Below, in pieces: positions 1 through 9,147 of a DNA stretch of 32,079 nucleotides. The position numbers were made by a program, and so were the translations under genes. The DNA is taken from positions 1 through 32,079 of IMG/VR virus record IMGVR_UViG_3300037631_001784. One strand, written 5' to 3'. Within the stretch, counting starts at the first letter, position 1; the number at the start of each line of letters is the position of its first letter. Source of the DNA: a virus. Lineage: Duplodnaviria; Caudoviricetes. The notes beneath the pieces were generated by a model. That model was not told the DNA's origin and did no database searches. It worked only from the letters and a program-made list of their open reading frames with translations.

Positions 1-110
1 ACAGTACCTACTGCTACACTGCCAAACGCTGGAAGGTTTGCTGTTGTTACAACGGGAATCTGGAAGCCGTTATTTGAACGGACTGGACCAGAAAAGGTAG
101 AAAGAGCCAT
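1..110 (-). CDS. Putative virion structural protein downstream of the capsid gene (runs off the window edge)
   Basis: Not in the ORF track. ATG at 110 with AGGAG RBS at 117-121; reads MALSTFSGPVRSNNGFQIPVVTTANLPAFGSVAVGT with no stop to the edge. Function inferred from position. Confidence 0.75.
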   Translation of the reverse strand, partial: MALSTFSGPVRSNNGFQIPVVTTANLPAFGSVAVGT

Positions 111-178
111 GATAATCTCCTGTCGTGGCTAATGTCAGCCACGGGATGCGGCTGTCAGGGATATAAATAGTATACAAC

Positions 179-205
179 AAAAAAGGGCGGCATGAAAGCC
201 GCCCT
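179..205 (-). terminator. Rho-independent terminator after the major capsid gene
   Basis: Stem AGGGCGGC (184-191) / GCCGCCCT (198-205), 6-nt loop, followed by a T-run on the minus strand (A6 at 179-184 on plus). Confidence 0.85.
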
Positions 206-227
206 CTTCGTAAAGATGTCTTTAACC

Positions 228-1142
228 TTATGCAGCGCCCGGTGAGCCGAATACTGCGCGTGGGTCAGAGAAACCGAAGCTGTAACGCTCACGAGCCTTG
301 AACCGCATGTTACCAGTGTCGAAATCTGGATCCATGTTTGTTGACAAAGCCATACGCTCAAAGTGCTTGAAGCCATTTGGCGCATCAGTTTTGATGAAGA
401 ATGCATCTGTGTCAGTTAGGTAGTCGTTGACCACATAACCTTCAGGGAGCATACCCATGCTCTTCAGTGCGTTCACATCGTTGTCAGATGTACCGACCCG
501 TAGGTTTGATACAAGCAGACGTTCTGCTACGAACTGAAGTTGGCGTGGAACGATTAGCTTCATGCCTTTAAGAGCAATTACTAGACCGCGTTCATCAGTG
601 AACCCTGCAATGTTGATTAGAGCGTCTTCCAAAGAAGTTTCGTTCAAATCTGCTGCAGTTGATGGCTCGTTAGAAAACGTACCGCCGTTTGTCAGTGGGT
701 GTGATGCATCACAAAGTGCTACACCGTCGCCACCAGCAGAAGCACCAGCAGTAAACGCATTGTTGAGGATTGAAGCAGCTTTAACCTGCTTTGTGTGTGC
801 CATTGAACGAGCAAGTGCGCGTGTGTAGCGTGATGCTAGACGATCGTACAAGTTATCTTCAATTGCTTCCTCTGTGATTGAAAAGGCCATCGCCACTGTC
901 TCGTGGTTGTAACGAGCAGTGTAAGCTTCTTGTGCATCATCAAATGATACGCCAGTACCTTCCTGTTTAACAGGAGCGGCACCAAAGCCTGACAGCATTA
1001 CTTCTTCTTCAAACGCCCGGTCTGATGACTCGGAGTCGAAGATTTCGGCATGCTGGCCTTCGTAACGATTGTATTCCATACCAAAGAGAGCGTTAAGACC
1101 AGGCTCTAGTTCTTTGGCGAGTTGTGCGCGAGAAATAGCCAT
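228..1142 (-). CDS. Major capsid protein (304 aa)
   Basis: MAISRAQLAKELEPGLNALFG start and C-terminal ARERYSFGFSDPR are typical of a widespread HK97-fold capsid family in aquatic phages; GGAGG RBS; downstream of scaffold; followed by a terminator. Confidence 0.9.
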   Translation of the reverse strand: MAISRAQLAKELEPGLNALFGMEYNRYEGQHAEIFDSESSDRAFEEEVMLSGFGAAPVKQEGTGVSFDDAQEAYTARYNHETVAMAFSITEEAIEDNLYDRLASRYTRALARSMAHTKQVKAASILNNAFTAGASAGGDGVALCDASHPLTNGGTFSNEPSTAADLNETSLEDALINIAGFTDERGLVIALKGMKLIVPRQLQFVAERLLVSNLRVGTSDNDVNALKSMGMLPEGYVVNDYLTDTDAFFIKTDAPNGFKHFERMALSTNMDPDFDTGNMRFKARERYSFGFSDPRAVFGSPGAA

Positions 1143-1154
1143 TAGTTAGCCTCC

Positions 1155-1769
1155 CTATGATATCGCTGCTTCAGAATCAGCCTGAAGCAAAGCGTGGTTG
1201 TTAATCATCACAATTACAGGAAGACCGGCTGCTGCATAATCTTCGTTGTCAACATCTGTCTGAATGCCAACAATCTTCAAAGGAAGAGAGGCATTAGAAG
1301 AATCAAGTGTTGCAACATCCATCTTTGCAGAAGAGTTACCTGTAGTTGTACTACCTGACGCGCCGCCATTGAGCATTGTGTTCTCAAAGATTGCTGCACG
1401 AGCAGTTGCTTGGTCTGTGAAAGTTGCGTCTGTTGCAATCACAAAACGCTGCATCGGGTTGTCATACACATGTCCGATAATATCGAAGTTTGTGTCTGCA
1501 CCTGAACCAGGCCAGTAATTAGAAAAGACTTTCTTTCCTGTTTCTGATGAAACATATTCACAACCAGCAAAAACACCAACAAAAGCTACAGTGTCTCCAG
1601 TTGCAGAGCCGATAGCGATTTCGCCACCGTTCACGCATTTAACCGGAGAACCCTGAAAGATCGCTGCTGCATCACTAGCAATGAAATATGCATTAGTACC
1701 CTGAGTAGCAGGAGTGCTACCAGCGGTATTAATCGGCTTGAGGCCGAAGGCAACATTTGAGTTTGCCAT
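1155..1769 (-). CDS. Putative capsid decoration / minor head protein (204 aa)
   Basis: Ala/Gly/Thr-rich beta-type sequence (MANSNVAFGLKP...), directly upstream of the capsid gene, AAGGAG RBS. Function inferred from position. Confidence 0.6.
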   Translation of the reverse strand: MANSNVAFGLKPINTAGSTPATQGTNAYFIASDAAAIFQGSPVKCVNGGEIAIGSATGDTVAFVGVFAGCEYVSSETGKKVFSNYWPGSGADTNFDIIGHVYDNPMQRFVIATDATFTDQATARAAIFENTMLNGGASGSTTTGNSSAKMDVATLDSSNASLPLKIVGIQTDVDNEDYAAAGLPVIVMINNHALLQADSEAAIS

Positions 1770-1795
1770 TGCTTACTCCTTGTAAGTTAAAGGGG

Positions 1796-2257
1796 TCAAT
1801 CTTTACCCCCGAATGATACACGACTTTTCCTATCGTTATGGATAGGCATTGAAGGATGTTGTTCCCTCATTAGGTTCTGATCAACGGCATCCATTTGTGT
1901 GCGGGTCTGCTCCCGGTAGTATTCAGTTCGTTCTTGGACCGTCTCTTCTGGGATTCGTGCAAGCATTAAACCGCCTACACCAATTGTACCAGCATTTGTG
2001 CCTTCCTGAATAGTTGGGTATTGACCAGCTAACTCAGGATATTCATCTGCCCGTACAGGCTCCCAACCTTCCCGCAGTTTTGATGTCACATTCATTGAAT
2101 CGTCTTCCCCCCGAATAGAGGTTCTTATCCAACGATGCTTGAAGCCTGCGGGAGCTTCAGGTGCCTCCAACTTTGAAGGCGGTGCCCAAGACTTGCGTCT
2201 TGTGGTCTTTGCACGAGTTTCTGAGTCCCGTGAGGCTCTTTTTGTAGAATCAGTCAT
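1796..2257 (-). CDS. Conserved head-module protein (153 aa)
   Basis: Start moved to ATG 2257 (MTDSTKR...), which has an AGGAG RBS. Motifs W-x-PP-x-x-L, HRWIR, EGWEPV, VGGLMLARIP; lies between scaffold and capsid genes. Confidence 0.75.
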   Translation of the reverse strand: MTDSTKRASRDSETRAKTTRRKSWAPPSKLEAPEAPAGFKHRWIRTSIRGEDDSMNVTSKLREGWEPVRADEYPELAGQYPTIQEGTNAGTIGVGGLMLARIPEETVQERTEYYREQTRTQMDAVDQNLMREQHPSMPIHNDRKSRVSFGGKD

Positions 2258-2261
2258 ACTT

Positions 2262-3161
2262 TTACTCCTTAACATGCTTTGCGTATTCTTCAAGCGGAAC
2301 ATTAAGACGCTTGGCGATTGCAATCTGCGAAGGGGTCAGCTTCACTGTTCTGCGCCCCTTTGGTGACTTCGACCGTGAGGCCGTGGACTCAGCAGAGGCG
2401 ACTCTGGGCCCAGTATCTTTGCGAGGTGCGCTTCCAAACTTTTGTGGAAACTCAGTACGCATACGACTGTCAAGTTCATTATAGTATTCATCGGACTGCG
2501 GGTCAAACCCTTCTTCTTCAATTAAAGTCCTATGAACCCCGAACGCCGCATAAGTCATAGTCTGATCTGTGCCAAACCACTCATTTCTTGAAGCCCAGTC
2601 TTCTGCTTTTGGGTCAGGCTTCGCGGGTGCAGATTGCTGAACAGGCTGTTGAACTTGAACCGGTTCTTCTCTAACTTGAGACCTTTTTTCCTGAGTACGC
2701 CTTGCTTGCTCTAGTTGAGCTTGGTCCAGCGCCAGCTTACTAAGATTCTTCTGAGCCTCGAACATCGCCTCAGAGTCGCCTTCGTCATAAGCTTTTTGAT
2801 AAGATTGCTTTGCAGCCTCAATCTGAGAATCAACACGAGTGCCGAACTCTCCCACATAAGACTGGTCTAAAGCCTCCAAACGTGCTTTTAGTTCATCGTT
2901 CTGCTTCTTAACAGATTCAGCGAACTCAACGGCTGCTGCTCTCTGTGCTTCTTCATCACGATACTTTTTAGTAAGCTTACTAATACGTTGCTGGACACCT
3001 TTTGAATAGGCTTCAAGCTCGTCTTCCTGCTTTACTGGTTCCGCTTCCTCTGTAGCTTCCTCAGACTCCACGATGTTTTCAACACCTTCAAGCTCAACTT
3101 CCTGCTCGTCGGTGCCTACATCTACAACTTCAACTTCTTTTTCTTCTGCGTCGGGTAACAT
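2262..3161 (-). CDS. Putative capsid scaffolding protein (299 aa)
   Basis: Acidic N-terminus, long coiled-coil, short C-terminal helical domain (VKLTPSQIAIAKRLNVPLEEYAK); upstream of the capsid gene. Confidence 0.7.
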   Translation of the reverse strand: MLPDAEEKEVEVVDVGTDEQEVELEGVENIVESEEATEEAEPVKQEDELEAYSKGVQQRISKLTKKYRDEEAQRAAAVEFAESVKKQNDELKARLEALDQSYVGEFGTRVDSQIEAAKQSYQKAYDEGDSEAMFEAQKNLSKLALDQAQLEQARRTQEKRSQVREEPVQVQQPVQQSAPAKPDPKAEDWASRNEWFGTDQTMTYAAFGVHRTLIEEEGFDPQSDEYYNELDSRMRTEFPQKFGSAPRKDTGPRVASAESTASRSKSPKGRRTVKLTPSQIAIAKRLNVPLEEYAKHVKE

Positions 3162-3163
3162 CT

Positions 3164-3586
3164 CTATGCTCCATACGTTTTGATATCGTCGGGGTCAACG
3201 ATTGTTGCAATGACTTCGTCATCATTGATGATTCTAACTTCGCCGCCTTCGATCTGGAATCGAGAGCCAGCGTATCTTCCGATACACACCCAATCACCCT
3301 CTTTACACCAAGCTTCGCCACCGAACTTATCGTTATCTTGGTAAGCTAAAGGGCCTACCTTGAGCACATAAGCTACAACGGTTGCGCGAGATTCGCGTTC
3401 TCTGGATTCATCGGGTACATATATACCCCCATCAGTCTTTTCCTTGCCCATATAAGGCATGACAAGAACTCGCCATCCTGTGGGTTGTGGTACTCGTTCT
3501 GAAAGGGATTTTTCTTTTGCGGCTTTTTCAGCCTTTTCTTTAGCAGCGCGTTGCGCAAGGACGTATTCAGGTACTATCAGTGCCAT
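3164..3586 (-). CDS. groES: Phage co-chaperonin GroES (Cpn10-like, 140 aa)
   Basis: PTGWRVLV, mobile-loop-like KTDGGIYVP, VLKVGP, KEGDWV, YAGS and IINDDEVIA match the Cpn10 pattern. Confidence 0.9.
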   Translation of the reverse strand: MALIVPEYVLAQRAAKEKAEKAAKEKSLSERVPQPTGWRVLVMPYMGKEKTDGGIYVPDESRERESRATVVAYVLKVGPLAYQDNDKFGGEAWCKEGDWVCIGRYAGSRFQIEGGEVRIINDDEVIATIVDPDDIKTYGA

Positions 3587-3776
3587 CGATATACTTAGCC
3601 TTTTCGAGCAGGGCCTTCAATTCGTCAAGAGCATAGGTGACACCCTGTATTTCACCGACTCTTGCGCGGTAGTCTTCCATACTAGAAATACTACCACTGG
3701 TTATAGAAACACTAAGGTCTTCTATGTGATTGTGCAAGACTTTATTATATTTTGTTATAAGTTCATATATATCCAT
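3567..3776 (-). CDS. Small helical hypothetical protein (69 aa)
   Basis: Start moved to ATG 3776 (TAATG coupling with the upstream gene); MDIYELITKY...YRARVGEIQG. Confidence 0.7.
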   Translation of the reverse strand: MDIYELITKYNKVLHNHIEDLSVSITSGSISSMEDYRARVGEIQGVTYALDELKALLEKAKYIDGTDST

Positions 3777-4249
3777 TAAACAGCCCCTTCGTCTAGTATT
3801 GGCCCTCCAGAAACCCAAGCATTACACATGCGCATAGAGGCGCATTTAAATTTTAAGAACTGACAGTACCCAATGTCTCCAGCAGAAACAGAAGCATAAG
3901 GGTCAGAACCCTCAAAGCCAATGCCTTTTGCAATACAGTCTTTCATCTTATCCGTCAGATTAAATGCAGCGCAGTTACCGCAACGACTTTCTTTTGCTGC
4001 CTCGATGTCTGTGTCAAAAGTATCCGCGATAGACTGCCAATAAGTATCGTTCTTTCCTGAGTCATCTAAACCGGGGTTTAATGGACCATAGCCGTATTCA
4101 TCTATAGCCGTCTGCCTGTTATCAAGGTTAAGGTCAATATCCTGCGTGGCTTCAGGACATCCACCATCCATCTTATCAACAGGAGTGCCGTCTTGAATTT
4201 CTTTTGCCGGGTCAATGCCGTCAGGTATAATATTGATTTCTATTCTCAT
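3776..4249 (-). CDS. Cys-rich protein with HiPIP-like Cys spacing (157 aa)
   Basis: CGNCAAF...GYCQFLKFKCASMRMCNAW; translationally coupled on both sides. ORF is solid; function is inference. Confidence 0.6.
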   Translation of the reverse strand: MRIEINIIPDGIDPAKEIQDGTPVDKMDGGCPEATQDIDLNLDNRQTAIDEYGYGPLNPGLDDSGKNDTYWQSIADTFDTDIEAAKESRCGNCAAFNLTDKMKDCIAKGIGFEGSDPYASVSAGDIGYCQFLKFKCASMRMCNAWVSGGPILDEGAV

Positions 4250-5172
4250 GATCTTTTCCTAAGAGCAGCTTCTTGTATAGCCATAAGTACGCTGTTTGTA
4301 TCATCTATTTTTAAATCTACTTCAGGTCTAGGACCTAATCCTAGTCCTGTGTATATAAAATCGTCATTGGTGGTTGATTCCCTGTCCATAAATGCGCCGG
4401 ATAGTTCCTCATATGATGGATTGACAGAGGAGGGAAGATCAGCAGGGGTAATCTGAGCCGCCAACAAGTCTCGGCCCCTTTGACCTGCGTATTTATCCAT
4501 AGGTCTTTCTAGATTGTCTATAACATCGTCAACGTCTTTGTCAGAAAAAATACTTCTTATACCTTCTTTCGCTTGGTCAACCAAGTCAGCAGCTTGACCG
4601 TATATACTTCCAACGGCCTCTGGGCTAACACCAGTTAAGAACTCTGAGGATGCACTTACCGCGCTTGGTGATGCAGAGCCCTCATCAAGGAAACCTTCTG
4701 GAGCGTAAGTCGTTCTTGCGGCACGACTTAAAGCACCAACAGGAAGACCAAGACCCATTCCTACGATACCTGCCAAACTTTGGCTGGTTGTAGCGGGTTG
4801 TATCTGCGCGACCCGTGGACCTGCTACGGTCATTTCACCTTCAGCGCCGCCGAATAAAGAACCAAAGCCTTTAGATACAGCAGCTTGAGGGTTGCTGTAT
4901 CTGTTGTAACGCATGTTCTCAATACCAGCCATTTGATTCTGGTCAAGTAAGCCAGCATAAGACACGTTTTCTGCACCAAAGATTCTGGAGAAGAAACCAT
5001 CTGGGTAGGGGTTGGTTATGTTTCCCTTAGAGTCACGAATAGCGGCGGTATAAGAATTATCGCCCTCGCCCTGAGAGCCAGTATCTACTGGACTTGGGGT
5101 GCCTGTATAGTCGGAAATAGCCCCCCCGCCGCCAGCATGACCCCCGCCTCTTTCTCCTGGAGTACCTATCAT
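4246..5172 (-). CDS. Gly/Ser/Ala-rich hypothetical protein, possibly internal virion protein (308 aa)
   Basis: Abuts both neighbours in the structural operon; low-complexity composition. Confidence 0.6.
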   Translation of the reverse strand: MIGTPGERGGGHAGGGGAISDYTGTPSPVDTGSQGEGDNSYTAAIRDSKGNITNPYPDGFFSRIFGAENVSYAGLLDQNQMAGIENMRYNRYSNPQAAVSKGFGSLFGGAEGEMTVAGPRVAQIQPATTSQSLAGIVGMGLGLPVGALSRAARTTYAPEGFLDEGSASPSAVSASSEFLTGVSPEAVGSIYGQAADLVDQAKEGIRSIFSDKDVDDVIDNLERPMDKYAGQRGRDLLAAQITPADLPSSVNPSYEELSGAFMDRESTTNDDFIYTGLGLGPRPEVDLKIDDTNSVLMAIQEAALRKRS

Positions 5173-5709
5173 CTATCTAATCTTTACTGAACGAGTTGAA
5201 CCCTGATACGCTCTGCCCATACCACGGACAGTTTCGCCACCGCATTCCATGCATCCACAGCCACCACCGTGAGACATGTACTTGCCGTCTTTAGCCATGA
5301 TAACTTTCTTTTTATCACCACGACGCTCTAGCTTCACTTGTTGTTTAGGAGCGGTGTCCATGTATTCTTGTACAGACTCAGGATATACTTCCTCAAGACC
5401 ACCTCCTCCTATGGTGCCTCCATAGTCAGACGGGTGCTCTTTCTTTTTCTTTCTTTCTTCTTCTTCTTTTTTTGTAATCGGTCTATCTACCTTTGACGTA
5501 CTACCACCAGCTTTACGTTTTAGAACCATCTTTGTATCCTCTTGTGCAATGCGGTCTGCAGTTTTTCTGTCATATCCTTCGAGAACACGCTTAACCGCTG
5601 GAGAAACATTCTTACGGCTTTCAGCCATAAGTGCTTTAGCTTCTTTATATGAAATACCTAAGTCATCCGCCATCTGCTGGATTCTTGGTCTGCCGCCTGC
5701 ACCTGTCAT
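5173..5709 (-). CDS. Basic, likely disordered protein with xxGG motifs (178 aa)
   Basis: AGGA RBS; contains KRKAGG, MAKDGK, MSHGGG, a CGCMEC patch and RGMGRAYQG. Confidence 0.65.
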   Translation of the reverse strand: MTGAGGRPRIQQMADDLGISYKEAKALMAESRKNVSPAVKRVLEGYDRKTADRIAQEDTKMVLKRKAGGSTSKVDRPITKKEEEERKKKKEHPSDYGGTIGGGGLEEVYPESVQEYMDTAPKQQVKLERRGDKKKVIMAKDGKYMSHGGGCGCMECGGETVRGMGRAYQGSTRSVKIR

Positions 5710-5719
5710 AATAAATGTC

Positions 5720-5920
5720 CTATTTCTCGTGGCCTAGCCATACAGCAAACGCGCCGGTCATGGCTCCTGTTACTACACTAACCAGTGCAGACTGTTCAAT
5801 TGTTGGGTTGGGAAGCGTCATAAACCACTCCACTACCCGCCAAGCGGATATTGACATCATAATCATCATAATCCGGGGGAGTAGCTTCCAAGCTAAAATT
5901 CTTTCCATTGCTGCTGTCAT
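5720..5920 (-). CDS. Small two-TM membrane protein (66 aa), holin-like candidate
   Basis: Two hydrophobic segments (LLPRIMMIMMSISAW; ALVSVVTGAMTGAFAVWL). Confidence 0.6.
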   Translation of the reverse strand: MTAAMERILAWKLLPRIMMIMMSISAWRVVEWFMTLPNPTIEQSALVSVVTGAMTGAFAVWLGHEK

Positions 5921-5968
5921 GGTTTTTCTTGGCCTGCTCTTCAGTTGTTACGTCGTCTTTACACCACA

Positions 5969-6349
5969 TTACTTTTTCTTAAACTTATCCACGCCTTTTA
6001 AACCAAGCGCTGCTAGAATTGTAACATAGAGGACGTTCTGATACCACTCTGGTAATTCATTCAATCTATCAAAGCCATTCTTAACTACATCTTCCATGCC
6101 GGGAATGAAGACAAGACACACAGGCACTAATATAATAATTGTGACTAGCTCATCTTTCCAAGAATTTTTTGTACCTTCTGCCATGATAAGCTCCCACTTA
6201 CTATCATGGGTAGCGGCAGTCTTCATTATCTCTGCTTTTGCTTCTGCCTCAGTCTGTGCAAGATGAGACTTCGCCTTTTGCTTGGATACCTGCCCCTCAA
6301 CAAAAGATGATGCCAAACCTGCAAGGGGACCAATAAGAGCTTGTAACAT
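5969..6349 (-). CDS. Putative holin, resembling the 3TM GTA-type holin family (126 aa)
   Basis: Amphipathic N-terminus MLQALIGPLAGL, coiled segment, SWKDE followed by TM helices, LPEWY, basic C-terminus KFKKK. Confidence 0.65.
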   Translation of the reverse strand: MLQALIGPLAGLASSFVEGQVSKQKAKSHLAQTEAEAKAEIMKTAATHDSKWELIMAEGTKNSWKDELVTIIILVPVCLVFIPGMEDVVKNGFDRLNELPEWYQNVLYVTILAALGLKGVDKFKKK

Positions 6350-6350
6350 G

Positions 6351-6653
6351 TCACTTTCCTTCCAGCACAGCCAGACGAAGCTGTAGTTCAGCTATGCTTA
6401 TCTGTAGTTGATGTACTTGAGACACTGTGTTTTGAACAGACTTGGGTGGCTGAAAATCGTCTATCCAATTGTCGTTCTCTTCAACCTCTTCCATTGTAAG
6501 CTCAAGATTATGCTCTAAGAAAGATATTCGCTCGGTCAGGCCAAAATACACCCAAACTGATACGGCTGTGAAAGCAATCATGCTGATAAGATTCCTTAAA
6601 GGAATAGTTATCTCGCTTGCCTCGTTTAATTTTGTAGCCGCTGTTTTAGCCAT
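6351..6653 (-). CDS. Single-TM coiled-coil protein (100 aa)
   Basis: TM segment LISMIAFTAVSVWVYFGL followed by a heptad-rich region. Confidence 0.65.
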   Translation of the reverse strand: MAKTAATKLNEASEITIPLRNLISMIAFTAVSVWVYFGLTERISFLEHNLELTMEEVEENDNWIDDFQPPKSVQNTVSQVHQLQISIAELQLRLAVLEGK

Positions 6654-6751
6654 TACTTATCTTTCTTTATCCTACCGTAGAACAGTATTAGGTTAACAGT
6701 AGTGTTCAAGGTTACCATTAACACTAGCCAATATTGTAACTCTATGGGCAT
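6653..6751 (-). CDS. Small membrane peptide (32 aa), not in the ORF track
   Basis: MPIELQYWLVLMVTLNTTVNLILFYGRIKKDK; TAATG coupling at both ends exactly fills the gap after the portal gene. Confidence 0.7.
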   Translation of the reverse strand: MPIELQYWLVLMVTLNTTVNLILFYGRIKKDK

Positions 6752-9147
6752 TACTGTTCACGTTTCAATTCAGCCTGTGTGTCAATCCGATAAACATTTA
6801 CGAGGTTGCGGTCTTCAGCAACTTCACGCTGTAGAGCTTGGCGCTCTTGCGCCATCTGATAAGACTGCATCAACTTAGCTTGGTCAATCTGGAAATCCAT
6901 CGCATCGTTCATTGCCTTACGCTGAATCTCTTGCGTATCGTTCTGCAATTCCTGCTGGCGGATAGCAACAAGTGGGTCAGGCTGTTGTGGAGGCGTTAGG
7001 AGCGGAGCCAACTGTTCAGTTGTATCTGCAATCTGCTGTGCAACAGCAGCTTCAAGTGCGTCAGGATTAATCTGCGGAACAGGCTCACCAGGATTTTCCA
7101 TCTGCGCCTGCTGCATTACCTTAGTAAACATATCCTGCACCAAGTCACGAGCATGCATAGCTACATGCTCTTGAACGTGGGCATTCAACATCATAAACGC
7201 CTGCGGGTTTGTGGCAGTAGATGGCTGCTGCAACATAGCCGCATGAACACGAATGTGCGCCATGTGGTCCTGCTGTGGAAATGCCTGCAAGGGCTGGCCC
7301 ATTAACAGCTTAGAGTTTTCCGTGCCAGGGTCCATCGGAGCCGGTGGCTGTGGTGGCGGTAAAATGCTGTCAATGTTCTTTACATCAATCGCATCATACA
7401 TCCGGCGGTAAGCCTCATACATATTGTGCAACTGTGGCGCTGCTTGTGCCAACTGAAGCTGCGTCTGCGCCAGTGACATACGCTGTGCCATAGAAAAGAT
7501 TGATGGGTCGGAGACAGGGAGAACGTCTACACGCCCATCAAAGTCTTGTGCCATTACTTCTGGGGCAACATTAGGACCTATAGCATACGGATATGGTACA
7601 GGATTATTCGAGAATATCTCAGCAAGCATTCTAAACTCTGACTTCTGAGCATAGTGCAGGCGCTTGTGGATACTGCTAATTACTTTTGAGCCCTGTTCGA
7701 TGAGAGCCACTGTTGTGCCGACCGGAGCGTTTGAATTAACATCAGCGACCTTTGAGTCTGCCACTTGTGCAAATCTTCTGCCAGAGTCAACAACAACTCC
7801 CAGAAGTTGGGCAAGGGTGCCTGATGGCTCTTTATATGGAAGGGGAATAATGGCGTTACGAATATCCCCACCAGGAGCGTCAAGATCGCGGAACTCACCA
7901 GGATTAACAGGCTCGTCATCATTCCTAATGCGCACACCACGAGCTTTAAACCCGCCAGGCAAATTGGATAAAGTACCTGCATCAATAAGCTGACGTAAGA
8001 TAGAAGTCGCTGCACGAGATAATCCTCCGATCATATGCAACAAGCCAAAGCCATAGAAGCCAAAGCCCGGTAAAAACTTATAGTGTGTAAAGAACTGGCG
8101 CTTGCGGCGAAGCGGATCCATCTCACGCCAGTTGCGAACTACAGATAATACCTGTCCAGAAGCTTCGTCCATAGTGACGATATACGGGAGCTTGATACCT
8201 GTGTCCTCACCTGTCTCGTCCAAATCCTCAAATCCCTCAAGATCCAAATCAATGTGCGTCTCGTATATAGTATACATGTCATCAGAGTACCCCGGATGAA
8301 TCCCCTGTATCTCATCAGACTTGTCCTTAATTGTTGAATCTGACTCATCGTCATCAGATACAGATAGTTCAACATCTCTATATACTCCTGCTACTTGAAG
8401 TTTGCGAACGTCGTTCTCACTCATGCGAACAACATGCGTATACCTGCTAGCCGTCTGCAAGTCCGTTGCAGAATAAGGAACAATCAAATCCTCTGCAGGT
8501 ACGAATTTAGAAACAGCACGGCCCCGTGTTGGGTCCATATAAACTTTCTTGAATGTAGAACCAGTAATCGGCAAATAGAATAACATCTGGTCAGTGTCAG
8601 AGTCGTACTCCTCCATAACCTCAGTAACCTGATAATTCATAAAGTCCTTAACCCGCTGGGCTTGGTCTTCTACTTCCTTGGTCTGCTGTCCAATAATCTG
8701 CGTCTTAATAGGTCCACCCGGCGGCAGCATTTCTTTGTAAGCCTGCGCCTGAAACTGCGTAACAGCCTCACTCAATAACGGATGGGTTACACCAGAAGCA
8801 CCCATGAATGGCTCATTGCGCTCCTCGTAATTAATCCCCAATAACGTAAGACCCTTGGAGATAGACTCCTCCCAATCATCACGGGAAGACTTATCATCAT
8901 CAATCTTAGAACTCAGGTCTGAAGATAAGGAGCCAAGGATCGAGTCATCTAATACTTCAGCCAAGTTAGCATTGTGGTCGTACTCCTCAACCTCAACTTC
9001 CATGCCCTCGGACTCATCAAACATAACCACGTTCGGAGGCAGTTGCTCCTCGGTGCTAGGTACTTGGACCTCGGTCATTTGTTGTTCAGGCATTGCCGGG
9101 CCACCTGCGCCCATTGCCATGTCTACTGATGTTGGAGGTAGTGCCAT
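6751..9147 (-). CDS. Portal protein (798 aa)
   Basis: HPLLSEAVTQFQAQAYKE, GSTFKKVY, PGFGFYGFGL, Gln-rich C-terminal barrel; lies between TerL and head genes. Confidence 0.9.
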   Translation of the reverse strand: MALPPTSVDMAMGAGGPAMPEQQMTEVQVPSTEEQLPPNVVMFDESEGMEVEVEEYDHNANLAEVLDDSILGSLSSDLSSKIDDDKSSRDDWEESISKGLTLLGINYEERNEPFMGASGVTHPLLSEAVTQFQAQAYKEMLPPGGPIKTQIIGQQTKEVEDQAQRVKDFMNYQVTEVMEEYDSDTDQMLFYLPITGSTFKKVYMDPTRGRAVSKFVPAEDLIVPYSATDLQTASRYTHVVRMSENDVRKLQVAGVYRDVELSVSDDDESDSTIKDKSDEIQGIHPGYSDDMYTIYETHIDLDLEGFEDLDETGEDTGIKLPYIVTMDEASGQVLSVVRNWREMDPLRRKRQFFTHYKFLPGFGFYGFGLLHMIGGLSRAATSILRQLIDAGTLSNLPGGFKARGVRIRNDDEPVNPGEFRDLDAPGGDIRNAIIPLPYKEPSGTLAQLLGVVVDSGRRFAQVADSKVADVNSNAPVGTTVALIEQGSKVISSIHKRLHYAQKSEFRMLAEIFSNNPVPYPYAIGPNVAPEVMAQDFDGRVDVLPVSDPSIFSMAQRMSLAQTQLQLAQAAPQLHNMYEAYRRMYDAIDVKNIDSILPPPQPPAPMDPGTENSKLLMGQPLQAFPQQDHMAHIRVHAAMLQQPSTATNPQAFMMLNAHVQEHVAMHARDLVQDMFTKVMQQAQMENPGEPVPQINPDALEAAVAQQIADTTEQLAPLLTPPQQPDPLVAIRQQELQNDTQEIQRKAMNDAMDFQIDQAKLMQSYQMAQERQALQREVAEDRNLVNVYRIDTQAELKREQ

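Noticed and set aside
155-260. Capsid C-terminal extension by frameshift or readthrough
   Set aside because: No slippery site; a second in-frame TAA follows two codons later, then a terminator.
5796-5969. 57-aa ORF starting at the TAATG overlap with the holin, or a frameshift into the 66-aa TM gene
   Set aside because: No recognisable features and no canonical slippery heptamer; the overlapping TM ORF is more protein-like. Not fully excluded.
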